64,000 bases of DNA from Marsupella aquatica (taxonomy: Eukaryota > Plantae > Marchantiophyta): positions 5,101,976 to 5,165,975 of the forward strand of contig OZ316897.1 of NCBI GenBank assembly GCA_973895155.1, written 5' to 3'. The position numbers and the translations under genes are program-made. The first letter of the stretch is position 1. Every line of letters starts with the position of its first letter. Below, in pieces: positions 12,406 to 24,966 of this stretch. The notes under the pieces were generated by a model. It worked only from the letters and a program-made list of their open reading frames with translations, made no database searches and was not told the DNA's origin.

Positions 12406-13278
12406 ATGGAGCCTGGGAAACGTAGAAAGTGTGACCACCCAGCAGTGTTTACAGGGGTCAGAGCGATTTTGGTCCATGGCCAACATGGGTTGACCAAAGT
12501 GCATTGGCCAACTGTATAGAAACGATTCTCTGAGCTCCATGGCACTGTAGTTCAGGACATCACTCCAGAGACTACACATGTTGTTGCAGGGACATGGCTA
12601 TCAGTGATAAAGAAGTGGTCATGGTCCTACATGAATTCTGCAATTACTAAGCAAGGCCTAAAAGTAGTTGAGGCCTCTTGGATCACAGATTCCATAGCAC
12701 ATAAGATTGTACAGGATACTGAGCAATATGAGCTATGGGAGGATGAAGAAGCTATTGCATCAGCTTGGGCTGAACAAGAAGTCTGGGAAGCAAAGGCACG
12801 GCTTGCTGATCTCCAATATGGACCTGTACTCAACAAAGGACAGAGCTCTAGAAGGCTGAAGAGTATGTTGGCTGAGGAGACGAAGCAACCAACCCCCATT
12901 CTGAAAGGGCTGAGCATGGTATTTGTGGAGGCGTGAATTGGAGAGGTTAAGTGCAAAGTGTACAAGTCCACAGTGCTTGACCTAGGTGGGACAGTGGAGG
13001 AGAATATAACAGAGGACACCACTCATGTCATTACTAAGTCATATCCCAAAGCTTGCCGCAAGTTTGGGAAGGAAGACATTCGCTTTTATGTCATGTCCCA
13101 TAATGTGTTTGTGGTTTCATATGCTTGGCTTGTGGAATCAGTAGCAGCTGGGAAGCGTCAAAACCCAATGGACTATGATCTTTTTGAGGCCTGGCCACGG
13201 AAGGGTCAGGATCCTTACAGAGAGGACTATGAGACAACAAGTGAGGAATGGGTCATTAGCAATTCTGAATCAGAGTGA
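12406..13278 (+). pseudogene. Tandem BRCT-domain protein, CACTA cargo (two in-frame stops)
   Basis: One frame from ATG 12406 to 13278 with TAG at 12517 and TGA at 12934. Two BRCT-like repeats (HGTVVQDITPETTHVV...VVEASWITDSI and LGGTVEENITEDTTHVI...VVSYAWLVESVAAG...DYDL). A homologue at 45867 has Gln at the first stop. Confidence 0.8.
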
Positions 13279-13361
13279 GGAGTAGTAGAATCAGTTTGGA
13301 CACAAGTTTTTTTGTAAAAATCAGATCATTGAAATAAATGTGATCTTTGAACTAATGTACC

Positions 13362-14020
13362 TTGTTATGGTTGGTGGCAATTGGGCTTATTTTACTGTTG
13401 GCGGATTGTTGTTTCCTGCTGCCTGGGGGTGTCACTGTAAACGTACTGGGTGGGCTCAAATCTTGGCGGCAGACTTTGGTGGGTATGTTGCCTTTCCTAT
13501 ATCAACAGGCGCTATTACGGCTCCTCCTCCGGGTTGCCATATGGCTGGCCACAGTTAGGACTCTCCTGCATGGGTTGGTGCTAAAACACTTCTTGGCACC
13601 GCCTGAGGATGCAAGAGACGTTGAATCTATCATGAATGAGGATGCACAGTCCGAAGTGGACATCTACTTTTCAGCAGATGAGTTAGACAAGCCCGATGTT
13701 GTAGGTGGTTCCTTGTTGCCTGATTTGGCAGATGATATAGTTCTTTCACATGTCTGGCCGAGGGTTCTTGTGGTGTCCTGTGCACAAGATATCTGCAAAT
13801 ATAGATTTAATGTACATGCCTGAGTACCTGAGGTCTGAGTGGCATCGAGAACAGGGTTGGTACCCATATCTCACCTGGTAATAAGGTGAGATATGTGATA
13901 CCGCTCTCACACCTATGCTTGTGACTATGCATGATTGGACTCTGATATGGTTATGGGTGTACATGCAGAGGCGGTACATTTGAGGACAGCGGAGGAGGTG
14001 GTGACACCCTCCAACATTTA
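13362..14020 (+). pseudogene. F-box-like ORF with a hydrophobic N-terminus, degenerate, CACTA cargo
   Basis: SLLPDLADDIVLSHVWPRV resembles the F-box start (LPxLPDD/EI). The frame breaks at 13823. Confidence 0.4.
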
Positions 14021-14203
14021 GGAATTTTGTGTCATTCACTTGACAATAGGTACACTACTCGCGAACCTGTGTTTTTCTTTTGGGGTGGTTTAGGGTTTGT
14101 GAGAATTTAGTACACGTTATGTTAACTCTTTTGGCAGATACAATCAGGGATATATGGAACACAAATACCACCATTAGGCATCCTTGTTCACTACTGTCCA
14201 TGA

Positions 14204-17200
14204 TTGCAGAGCTCCCAGCCTGTTACAATGCACCCTGGTCACCACCCTCCCCAGACCCAGCCCAGGGCACAGGCACTGCCTTTGCATCATCCCACAAGGA
14301 TATCACGCCATGATAATAAGCTTTGGCAACGTGAAAGGTTACGAACCAGACTTTCAGGAGCCAGTAGGATGAGATGTCCTTGTGCAATCTGCCAAGGATC
14401 CCGTACCAGGGGTCTGAATGAGGTTTGGCGGCATATCGCGGTTCATGGAAGAGATCCACGACATCGAGTTTGGAATGATCCTACAGAGGAAGATTCTTCC
14501 GACGAGGAGTGGAGGTTAGAATTTGATGCTGCCAATGTTGCAAGATGGGCAAGTGAGGTTCTGCCTGGTGCATTTGAAAATGTTGTAGCTGGTCTCTGTG
14601 GGTTGTCAGCTCTCCAACGGGATGGTGCTCAGGCAGCACCATGTGACGAAGGAATTCATGTGGAAGAGATGGTTCGAGACATCTTCCAAGACTTGGATGC
14701 ATTTCACGATGGGCTGGACAACGAAGAGGATACGGCTACAGATGCAAGTGTGCACCCTGTCAAAGAGCCTCTTGATGAGTTTGAGATAGGGCAAGAAACC
14801 CCTGGGCATGATGGGATGTTTGGCTCTCCCCTGCAAATACAGGAAGGCAGGAAGTCTTTGTACCCCGGTAGCAAATGTTATAAACTGGGATTTGTCATCA
14901 TGTTCCTGAACATTTGCGGCAACCACAATGTCCCCAACGTTTTGGTTTCTGAGTTGTTGGCATTCTTGCGAACAACTGTGCTACCAGATGGTAATATTTT
15001 GCCCAAGAACATGTACGAGGCAAAAAGATGCATATCTAATCTTGGATTGAACTATGATTCCATCCATGCCTGTCCTGATGGGCATGTTCTTTTCAAAAAG
15101 GAGTATAAAGAATCGTTGACATGCCCTAAGTGTGGGAAGCATAGGTATCGGAACTCAGGAAAGTCTATGGTTCCCGCCACGGTACTTCGTCATTTTCCAC
15201 TCATTCCCAGACTTCAGCGGATGTTCAGAAGCCGTGCCATCTCGGAGATGATGACTTGGGCAACTGACAAGAAAAGTGATGATGGGCTACAACGACATGC
15301 TGCAGATTCAAGGCAATGGAAACTCATAGATGAGATGTATCCCGAATTTGCTGTTGAGCCGAGGAATGTCAGACTTGGGCTGTCATTGGATGGGGTAAAC
15401 CCATTTGGAGACAAGAACAACAAATTTTTGTGTTGGCCTGTAACTATTTTGAATTATAACCTTCCTCCTTGGATGACTACAAAGCGATTTTTTGTTCTAA
15501 TGGTCCTACTAATACCAGGGCCAGACAGTGCTGTATCTGCCAACATAGATGTGTTTCTGGCTCCCCTAGTGGAGGAATTGAGAAAGCTTTGGGAGGAAGG
15601 AGTCCTCACATATGATGTCCCTAAACCCTAAACCCTAAACCCATTCATCCTTAGAGCCATCGTCATTCTGACTATAGCTGACTACCCAGCCCATGGGATG
15701 ATATCAGGCCAAACAACAAAAGGATATTGTGCTTGTACTATCTGTGGGTGCAATGTCACCAGTGAGTACTCCAGAGCCCTGCAGAAAGTGATATACATGG
15801 GCCATCGTCATTTTTTGAAGGCAGATCACCCTTACAGAGAAAGATAGGCACTGATTGCACACTTTGGCAATGAGATTGAGCAACGTGGACCCCCAGCACG
15901 AGTGACCAAAGAGGAGATCAGGCAGTGGGGAGCACTGAGGGATGACTATATCAAACGAGGGGGTAGGGAAGATGGAGTGAGTGATCCAATAAAGCGATAT
16001 GGTGTAAAAATATTGAGCATATTGGACTTGGAGCTCAAGTATTGGAGGGTAAGCCTCTTGGAGTTGATGCTAATTGGGATACATGTTTTGGTTCAAAGCA
16101 TGTGCATTCATTTTGAAGAGAGAGACTAAACTTGAGGCATTTGTTGACGCTTTTGCATTGCAACGGTGTAGGAGTTTGAGCCAAGCAAACATAACATTGA
16201 TGTTATGCACATTGAGAAGAATATTTGTGAGAGTCTACTCAGATTCTTGTGTGGAGAGAAAGACACTGGTTCAGTGAGATTGGATCTTGAACAGAGGGGA
16301 ATGAAACCCCATCTTTGGTTGAGGCCACATGCCCACAGAGCTGATGTGCTCTTGAAGTACCAAGCGCCCTATGTTCTGACAGACACAGAGTGGCAACTAT
16401 TTGTGCAGAGGTTGAGTTCTTTGAAGGTTCCTTCAAACTATGGCAGTGCTTTCAAGAAGCATATCATGACTAGAAAGCTTGGTAGTATGAAAAGCCATGA
16501 CTACCATATGTTGATGCAACAGGTGTTGCCTTTATGTCTGAGGGGCCTGTTGCAGAAGCCTGTTCGTAATGTGATCATGCGACTCAGTGATGTGTTTCGT
16601 TGTATTTGTGTGAAGGTTTGGGATGAAACAGACTTCCCACAACTGACAGAAGATGTCGCTCAGGTGCTGTGTGACCTGGAGATTTATTTTCCTCCCGCAT
16701 TTTTTGATGTCATGACCCACCTACTTGTCCATGTTGTGGAAGAGCTACACCAATTTGGGCCTGTGAGTGCTTGTTGGTTGTACCCTTTGGAACGGTACAT
16801 GAAGCTACTCAAAGGTCACGTGAGAACATATTACAAACCATGGCTAAAGGTTACATCAAGGATGAGACTCTGGGATTTCTGACCGAATACATAGCACAAT
16901 ATGAGCATGTGAAGACCAGGGTGTGGAATTCTGATGAGGAGGAAGGGGTGATAGGTGAAGTACTAGAAGGGGCTGCAACCACAAAGAACCTGACCATATC
17001 TATGAGAGACTTGGCACATGACTTTGTATTGCACAACACTGTGGTGATGGAACCCTGGATACAGTGAGTGCATACATGTGCTATAATCCAGTTCATGAGC
17101 TTAAATGTTGTGTGCGTGTGATTTTCTCCTTCAGCCTATTCATATTTACCCAAGCTAATGCTGTGTGGTTGTTTGTTCAGGGAGTATGAGTCATTGAAGG

Positions 17201-17933
17201 TGGCCCATCCCACTGCAGGAACAACTTTTCCAGGTTTCATGGAGTGGATTAGAGTGGCAATTAGAGAGCATCACGAGACCCACCCAGACATGGATGCAGA
17301 TGTTTACCTACTGTCTAATGCCCCTAGCCTGAAAGTGAAGACTTACAAATGGATGAGAGCATATGGGAATCACTTTCGAGTGAAGGATGGTGACAGTGCC
17401 TACAGGGTGACAAATGACTGTGGGCTCATCACTGTATTTGAGCAACAAAGCCACAATCACGACAGGGCCTGGATGGAGATGGGATATGTGGGAGAATTAG
17501 TTGACATATGGGCTTTGGACTATGGGGCGGTGTCCAGTCCTGTGATTCTTATGAAAGGTGGCAGGATTGGCTTGGTAATAGAGCTACCATGAAGAGAGAC
17601 AATGATGGTTTCTTGCTGGCCAATTTTAGAGGGAAATTTCCCGAATGGTCTGAGCCATTTGTGTTTCCCAGTCAGGTGGAGCAAGCTTTCTTCCTGGATG
17701 TGGAAGACTCCCCAGGTTGGCGTGTAGTGTGTCATAAACAGGCCAGGCAACGTCGGATGGAAGGATCAAACCTTGCGTTTCATTTACACTCTCATAGTGC
17801 CTTTGATTGTCGGCGTTCAGACCAAGTGCCTGTAGTTCATGATAGCGGGGACTTCATTCCTGTGACAAGGGTAGATGCATTTGCTGGAGGCAAATTCAGA
17901 GATGTAGATGCCAACAGTGTGCCTGTGCCATGA
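14204..17933 (+). pseudogene. CACTA Tnp2/TnpD transposase (TAD + Transposase_21 + DUF4218 + DUF4216), disrupted
   Basis: CPCAIC..HIAVHG; IHACPDGHVLF..CPKCGKHRY; HAADSRQWK; LSLDGVNPF; YNLPPW; DYPAHG; MHIEKNICES; MKSHDYH; FFDVMTHL; YPLERY; EPFVFPSQVEQAF. Introns near 16049 and 17064; stops and frameshifts present. Confidence 0.95.
15619..15642 (+). repeat. (CCCTAAA)3+CCC telomeric tract within the Tnp2 coding sequence
   Basis: Sequence ccctaaaccctaaaccctaaaccc, which creates an in-frame TAA at 15629-15631. Confidence 0.85.
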
Positions 17934-18085
17934 GTAATGTGAATTGTTTGCATGGACATTAGTGAGGGGATGTGTAATAAAGTAATTATGAAGCAACACA
18001 GATGTATGGATGGATGCCTGGTGATTGTGGTTGCATTGTGTTATACGGGGTGACCATAGATGACATGTTTTTGTGGTCCAGTAGG

Positions 18086-21000
18086 ATGGAACAGAGTGAC
18101 ACAGAGATGTGTGAGTATGAAAGGAAAGCTATGGAACAACGAGCATACGTGAAAGCCAAAATTACAGAATTGGATCTGGAAAAGGATGTGGCTGAATTGT
18201 AAGGGAACGATTCTCAACTACACCCCTCCGCTGAGTTTGTGTGACATGAATAGTTCAATGTGGCACTGAAATTGTGACTGTATTCTCATATTGGAATGTC
18301 GTAGAGCAGCAGGTTTTTCAAAGAAACAAAAGGAGTACGCAAGAAGGGTGACCAACACTATCTCTGGGCCCGTGCGTCGGAGTGATAGGTTGAGCAAGAA
18401 GGTCGTACCTACAATGGCAGAATGTGGAGATGACATGGATGCTGCGCAAGTGGGTGCAGACACTAGACAAGAAGATGCAGATGATGAGTATTTTCCAAAG
18501 GAAATGGATGAGGATGGGGGTTATGAAGATGAATACATTGCAGAGCAGCCCCAAAAGAAATAGGTAAGTAGTTTTCCCAACAAGCTAGGTTTAGAGTTAA
18601 AAACTCTTGTTGAGAGGTTTCATATGTTCAGTACTACACCCTATGTACCTTGCTTAGTTCCTAACATTGTAGTTGGTGATGTGATGCAGCGTCCTGCCAG
18701 TTTTGTTTTGCTTGCAAAGCCTTGCATGAACCATACCAGCAGGGGGGCTGACCTCTGATCAAGGTTGGTGAGGTGGTAGTAGTGGTAGATCCCAGGCTGG
18801 TGCCCAATACTATGGTAGGGGGCAAGCTCTAGGTTATGCCCATGGTAGAGGCAGAGCAGGTCCAAACCCACAGTCTCGTGGGTATGGACGTCCACCTCAA
18901 CCATGGGGATGTGAGTATATATCTATATGCCAGTTATTTGTGAAGGCATGGCACTCCTGAATTTCAGACTGCATATCAATTTTTGACATTGTTTGGGATG
19001 TATTGGATTCAGACAACATGAAATTCTGTCCACCTGCCATTGCATGCAGATTCTGCCCAACCTGATTGGGCAAATGCTGGTAATGATCAGTTCCAGTGTC
19101 CACAAGGACAGACATGGGTTGAACCAAGTTGGGAGGATGGTGGTGGGTCGTGGACTGAACAAGGTTGGGAAGGTGGTGAGGGTAATTGGCAGGGATTTCA
19201 AAATACAGTACCTACAAACGCTGGAAGAGGGGCAGGTAATGTCTTATCTTGTCAACAATGGAAGAACTCATTATATGTGGAGTCCATTGACGTGGGGGGG
19301 ATTCTGCACATGTATAATAATAGAAAATGTATGTGTGCAGGTTGGATAGTCAAACCATTGACTCAAGTATTCACAATGCCCCTATGCAGATGCAGCACGG
19401 AAGGGGGCCAGGTATGTTGGTGAATGTTCATATGTTTTCCTATAGTTTGTACTACGTTTTCAGTACATATGTTTGCAGCCACATACCTAGAAAGTGACAT
19501 CATCCGGCCCTGTACTAGGCTGGACAGGTGGTCCAGGGTCACAACAATTCCAGAGTGCAGTCCCTGCACAGGCATCTACAGGCAGAGCTACAGGTATGTA
19601 TGTTTGAAGAATTTTTCTTGAAGTGAAGCATTGAATGTTGCCATCATCCATTCTGTTGTATGTAGTTCTCAAGCATGAATGGCATTGTATTTTCCCAGGT
19701 GGCTTCAGAACCCTAGGAGGGTGAATGAAGGGGTGGCCAATACAACGCCCAGTACTACCGAGAGCAGTGCACGAGGGGAGGTGACAAAGAAAGGGAACGT
19801 AAAGTTGAATGAGAGACAATGGGTGGATGCTGAGTGTCCTCGCAAGAACCGATGGCATGCTGATTTGAAAGCTGAAGTATTGCGTTGGTTAGATGTGAGT
19901 GTTATTAATTTAAAAAAACAGCATCCAAAAGATTGGAAGACTGTATGTGAAAATGTTGCTGCCAAATGGAATTATATGGGCAGTGATGATGGCGTGGACA
20001 TAGGTTGCCTAGAGAGTACAGCAGGTAAAATCATAAAGCAAGAGAGGTGGACAATGCATAAGGCTTGGAAGGAAGGTGGGGAGAAGCCAAACATGCCTCC
20101 ACCAGCCAGTTGTGATGATAAAGTGTGGGCAAGGTTAGTAGCTTATTTTGTAGCAGATGCTTCGAAAAAGAAGAGTTCACAGATGACCGAGGCCAGGTTG
20201 AATGTTCAAAACCCTAATCTGACAGGAAGGACCGGCACTGCACCAACAACAAAACGTTTGGTAAGAATCAATGGCCTAGCTATGTAATTTATGCTACACT
20301 ATGTACTGTTTTATAGTGTAAACCCATACATGTAAACTTTGTTTTTTAGTGTACGTTCCCTGAATAATAATGATAACTTGTGTTTGCCATGCATGTGCAG
20401 AAAACCCAATTGGGGCAAAGCCCTTCAAAAGAAGAGTTGAGGGCTAAAATTGTGAACACCCGGGCTCAAGAGGGTGCATCTGAATCCTCAAAGCATGTAA
20501 GTTATATGAGTTCTGATTGGTAATTGAATGACCTGCGTTGAATTTCAGGTGTACACTGTATATAACATTGATTGTGCATATATTGCCCAACATTTCATAT
20601 GGAGTGATTGAACCTATACCCCTGTGTCATGTAGGGAGGTGGATCTTCACTTATAGAGATAAGTGGTCGTTTGAAGGCTGTCGAAACATGTCTTCCAGAG
20701 ATCAATGAATGTTTGAATTCATTGACTGACTTGTTCCATGTGAACTTCAAGACATTAATGGAAGCTGTTGTGTCGGTGAGAGATAAAATTGATTCCAATT
20801 CTGCAGGAGTTCCACCATCACCACTTGAGGTGGCAAAGTTGATGCACTCTTTTGGCATGCCAACGACATGTAGGCTTGAAGGTAAGGCCTTTACAACTCT
20901 GTGGGATATGATTAGTAAATGTATAGTTTGAATTGACATTGTTTGTTGAATGTGTTATTTTCAGTAACATATATTGTGGTTGTTGTGTCCATAGAGAATA

Positions 21001-21791
21001 AGACAGGTGCTGCAGAGAAGAAGTATGAGAACCTGGCAAATACTCATTGTAATTTAGAGGCAACAAAGTTGCAGTCTATACAAGCAACTTGTTTGACAGA
21101 GGGCAATCAACCATGTTTGGATGAGGATGACATTGGCAAGGGAGTGGATGATATCAATGTTGGGGCAAATGAGGATATCAACAAGCATGACAATGATACC
21201 ATTGAGCCAGATTCATGCTATGTAGATCTTGACTCCATTGCAGAGATAAATGATTTGCAGAATGTATCATTCTCAATGACAGGTGTGCCTCTTGTTGAGA
21301 TAAAACCAACCAAAGAGTTAGTTGGTATGACACTCCCAGGTGATGAACCTGCTACTGTGACAGTCCTAACAGAGGAACCTACTGAGCCTAGCTTCACTAC
21401 TGTGAAGAGAGGAAGCATGCGCACACAAAGCAAGTTTGTTGGTGGGAGCAGAGCCACGTCAAAGGTTTCATACAAACCTCCAAGAACAGTGCTGGCAGAA
21501 AGATCTAAGGTGGAAGTGGGGAAAGCACCTAATGCTGAGGGACAAAGTGGCTTGTTAGCTGTTGATGAGAGTGGAACACGAGTAGGATTTGGCAGAGTGC
21601 AGGTTGGTTCCACAACGTTCCATGGCAAGAGGATTCCCCCAGGTTATTAAGTAGTGTTAGTCACATTACTAGTGAAACCTAAAGCTGTTCTTCCCATTCC
21701 AAACACAAATGATGATCCTCCTCAAAAGACACTTGGAGATGCTGCAGGTTCTTTGGTATTATGGCCAAGCAAGTTCATAGAGGACCCATAA
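18086..21791 (+). pseudogene. CACTA TnpA-like multi-exon gene (Ptta/En/Spm-type core plus Tnp1-like C-terminal domain)
   Basis: N-terminal CEYERKAME exon; core WHADLK...KQERWTMHKAW...VWARLVAYF...SSQMTEAR..V; C-terminal FHGKRIPPGY*VV...LPIPNTNDDPPQKTLGDAAGSLVLWP. Several GT-AG introns; an in-frame stop at 21648. Confidence 0.75.
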
Positions 21792-22269
21792 CAATGTCAT
21801 GCCATTATTTGTTTGTAGTGTGAGTCATGTTATGTAGATTTTAGATGTGAAGAAGGAGTACAAGAATCATGTCCTCTTGGAGATTCATAGTATCATGCAT
21901 GTGCTTTCCGTGATCTCATCCTGCAATCATCAATTATGAGTTCCTATTTTGTCTGAATTACATTGATCACATTGTAAACTATTCCATTGGAATTCAAATG
22001 ATCTAAATTTTAGAGCAAGATTGTGATTCTGTTTAATTCTTATGAATGTTTTATGTAGGATCTGCTTATATGATGCTTTGTTTGATGTGGATGTCATTCA
22101 TGCTATGTTCATTTCTTGTATTCAATGTGTTATATTTCTAAAGTTAGAACATCAGGTTTCTATGTATTGTAATGTGGAGTGCTCTCTCTCCTTATGAACT
22201 GTCCCTCTGTGTTCATTAGTCATGGTTACAACTTGCATGTGAACCTTATTAGTTATAAACATGAGTATA

Positions 22270-22630
22270 TAGAGTCCCAAATGGTTCTGTTGTGTGACCC
22301 GGGCCAGGGTCTCCATTGGTCTCTCTTGTGACACTAAATGGTCACACGCTAGTCGTTGTTGAATGCGAGCAAGTCATGTATATGACTTACCATGTGACTC
22401 GTTAAAGTCATATTGCAGTCACGTAGAAACAAGGCTAGACTCCATAATAAAGTCACAGATCAGTCACAAATGGGTATCAAGCAAGTTGCAAAGCCCAATA
22501 TCAATAGTGACTTCCATTTTTTGGTCTCAACTTTTGCAACTCCAAGGGTCATAGCGTGGGTCAAGTCACGTTGAGTCACAATGAAGTCACATGAGCCAAA
22601 ATGAGTCACATATTGCAGTCTCAGTTCACC
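22270..22630. repeat. CACTA right subterminal repeat array (AGTCAC/GTGACT motifs)
   Basis: More than 10 direct and inverted AGTCAC-like motifs; similar motifs at 4140-4320. Confidence 0.8.
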
Positions 22631-22683
22631 TCGGATTCTTCTAGTGTCAATAATACATGTAAAAACAAAGTGGAAGTACTTAC

Positions 22684-23464
22684 TTGTGAACATGAAGAGA
22701 ATCTTCCGTCTGTGGTCACAAATGACTTGAACATTCACGAAATACATGCATTTTTGATCATAGTAGCACTCTCCATGGTGGTGTGGTTGTTGAGTCAGTG
22801 GTAATAGCGATCCATGTATGAGGCCCAAACATCCACGAAATCCAAGTTTGCCAAATGCTTCCAGGATCGATGCATGGTCCCTCCTCGTTGGCCATTGAAT
22901 CTGGTCTTTCAGTGCATCCTCAAGTGCAAGAAAGCACCGCTTAGAGAAATGCACCAAAGTTCCACTGCTGACGCCCCAGGTTGGGATAAGGTGATTCAGG
23001 CAAGCACTATTGCCATCATGCCCAAGACGGTCGAGACAGACAGCCAGTTGCCTCACAATAGGTGTCTGCTCATGTCTAGACTCATTCTTGAAGATTGGGT
23101 GAGGCTCTATCAATTCGAGGAGGTGGAAAAAGGACCTTTTGTCCATCCTTGTCATCTGTCTAAACAATAGATTAGGCAAGTTGTGAAAAAACTGTGTTGC
23201 AAACTCATTTGACTTTGTAGTTATGTGACGAGGAACTAAGTAGCGAGTGTTATACATCAAAAAATAAAGCTCAGAAAGGTCAGCTACATTTTGTGCCTCT
23301 TCACAGTCATCTTCTCTGTCTGAGTCAGAGGAATCATCCACATTTTCTCCTGACCCACTGCTGCTGGAATACTGAGGAGGGTTGATACAATCAAAGCGCT
23401 TGAGTGACCTTAAAGAGCTCTCACTACTTCCACCATCAGATTCGCTCCCAGAGCTATGCAACAT
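22684..23464 (-). pseudogene. PIF/Harbinger transposase exon 1
   Basis: FRQMTRMDKRSFFHLLELI...QLAVCLDRLG...WGVSSGT...IQWP...GFRGCLGLIHGSLLPL (catalytic D->H)...NVQVICDHRRKI. Donor GTAAGT at 22683. Confidence 0.9.
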
Positions 23465-23794
23465 GATGTTTTAACTGCACTTTTTGCTTCACTTGTCTCA
23501 AGTGTTTTTGGCGATCAGATACTCGAGGCATGATGCTGACAATCCTGGAGACAAGGCAGTGGTATGTCATAGTGGACATACTTTACAACACAACACAGTA
23601 ATGCTAGCTCTGTTTGTAAATTTGGAAGGTAATTAAAGCATAAGAATGCACATGACCTACATTCACAACAAAGCAGCAAAGAAATGTTGGAAAAATTCAA
23701 TTTCATTCAAAGGTCTCAAAACAATACATACTATGTAACTACATAGATACGATAGTACATAGAAATAAGATCAGCCAAGATCTTCTTTGCACTT

Positions 23795-24365
23795 TTAGGT
23801 TTCTCTGGGGTGCAAGAAGTCTCTGCCTTGGCAAGAGTGACCTGAGTAGGACTTGCTAGTGTCTTGTGCCTGTATTGCACAGGACTTTCTATCATCAAGG
23901 ATAGAAACTCTCTGGATGTGCAACTCCAGACCCTTCACGGATATGGTAACATGTAATCTAGGGCATTTTTGCACAATTGCTTGGACTGTCCCCATCTGAA
24001 TGTGTTCAGACATCTTTGAAAAGTCGAGTGCAGAGGAATTGAGTAGAATGGATGCACTATCCCATATTTGAGCTTGCAATGGCTTGCAAGCAGCGTGCAC
24101 AGCATCAAACAAAATCAATTGGAACCTGAATTTATGGACTCCTAGCAGGTTATGGCCACATTGGGGTCCAAATTCCACGGACTTTTTGCAAGGAAAACCA
24201 GTAGCAGTATCTGGATACAGGCAGGATAAATAAGTGAATTTCCTAGGGTAGGGATTTCAGGCAACATAGTTCCCAATCCAAACATTAGCTCTAAAATATT
24301 CAACTTTCCCTGAAACCCTGTTCTCCTCGATGTCTGTGAGTGAAGTCCATTCAGCCATTGCCTGG
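23795..24365 (-). pseudogene. RPA70 C-terminal-like OB-fold/Zn-ribbon protein (frameshifted)
   Basis: Joined frames read SLIYPAC...GFPCKKSVEFGPQCGHNLLGVHKFRFQLILFDAVHAACKPLQAQIWDSASILLNSSALDF, matching the YxAC..CxKK..C..Y/FxxxxxxxD pattern of Rep_fac-A_C. Paralogous to 37920-38618. Confidence 0.6.
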
Positions 24366-24745
24366 AGGAACAAAAGGAGAGTGGACATTGAGCAGAGCAT
24401 GACAGACATTTGAATACACTGAGCAGAATAGAGTAGAGCATTCAAGTATGTGGAGAATCAAACAACATGCGCAACACAATGCACATGTAGAAGCAACTGC
24501 AGAACAGGGGAAGGGTAAAAAATGGCAAGAACAACTACACACCACAATGTCGTTGTCGAAGCTAGCTTGCAACTCACGCTTCACTAAAACACTAGAACCT
24601 AAATGTTGTTGGTAAAGCAGCCTTCACTGCACGGTGCAACATGGACCTTCACGAACAGGATGCAGGACACAACAATCACCTGCCAACGCAGCCTTGACGT
24701 TCAAAGCGAAATTCAGAGCGTTTCAGAGCTAAATCGACGATATTA

Positions 24746-24966
24746 AGAGCACAACCAGCATTCAAGATGCTCATAGCAGCATCGGGCATCGACGACCTTC
24801 AGAGCACAACCAGCATTCGAGATGCTCACAGCAGCATCGGGCATTGACGAGGTTCAGAGCACTAGGCAGCTTGAGCAGCATCGTCGACCTTCAGAGCGCA
24901 ACCAGCATTCACAAGGCTCACAGCAGCATCAGGCATTGACGAGGTTCAGAGCACTAGGCAGCTTGG
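24746..24966 (+). repeat. Compound minisatellite (~55-bp units)
   Basis: Repeated agagcacaaccagcattc-agatgctca-agcagcatcgggcat-gacga units. Confidence 0.85.

Larger units (their letters stand above)
4107..22646 (+). mobile_element. Full-length CACTA (En/Spm) DNA transposon, 18,540 bp
   Basis: Left terminus CACTAGAAGAAACCGGG (4107) and right terminus reverse complement CACTAGAAGAATCCGAG (22646). 3-bp TSD TCA at 4104-4106 and 22647-22649. Subterminal AGTCAC/GTGACT motifs. Internal Tnp2 and TnpA-like genes. Removing it restores the Harbinger intron. Confidence 0.95.
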
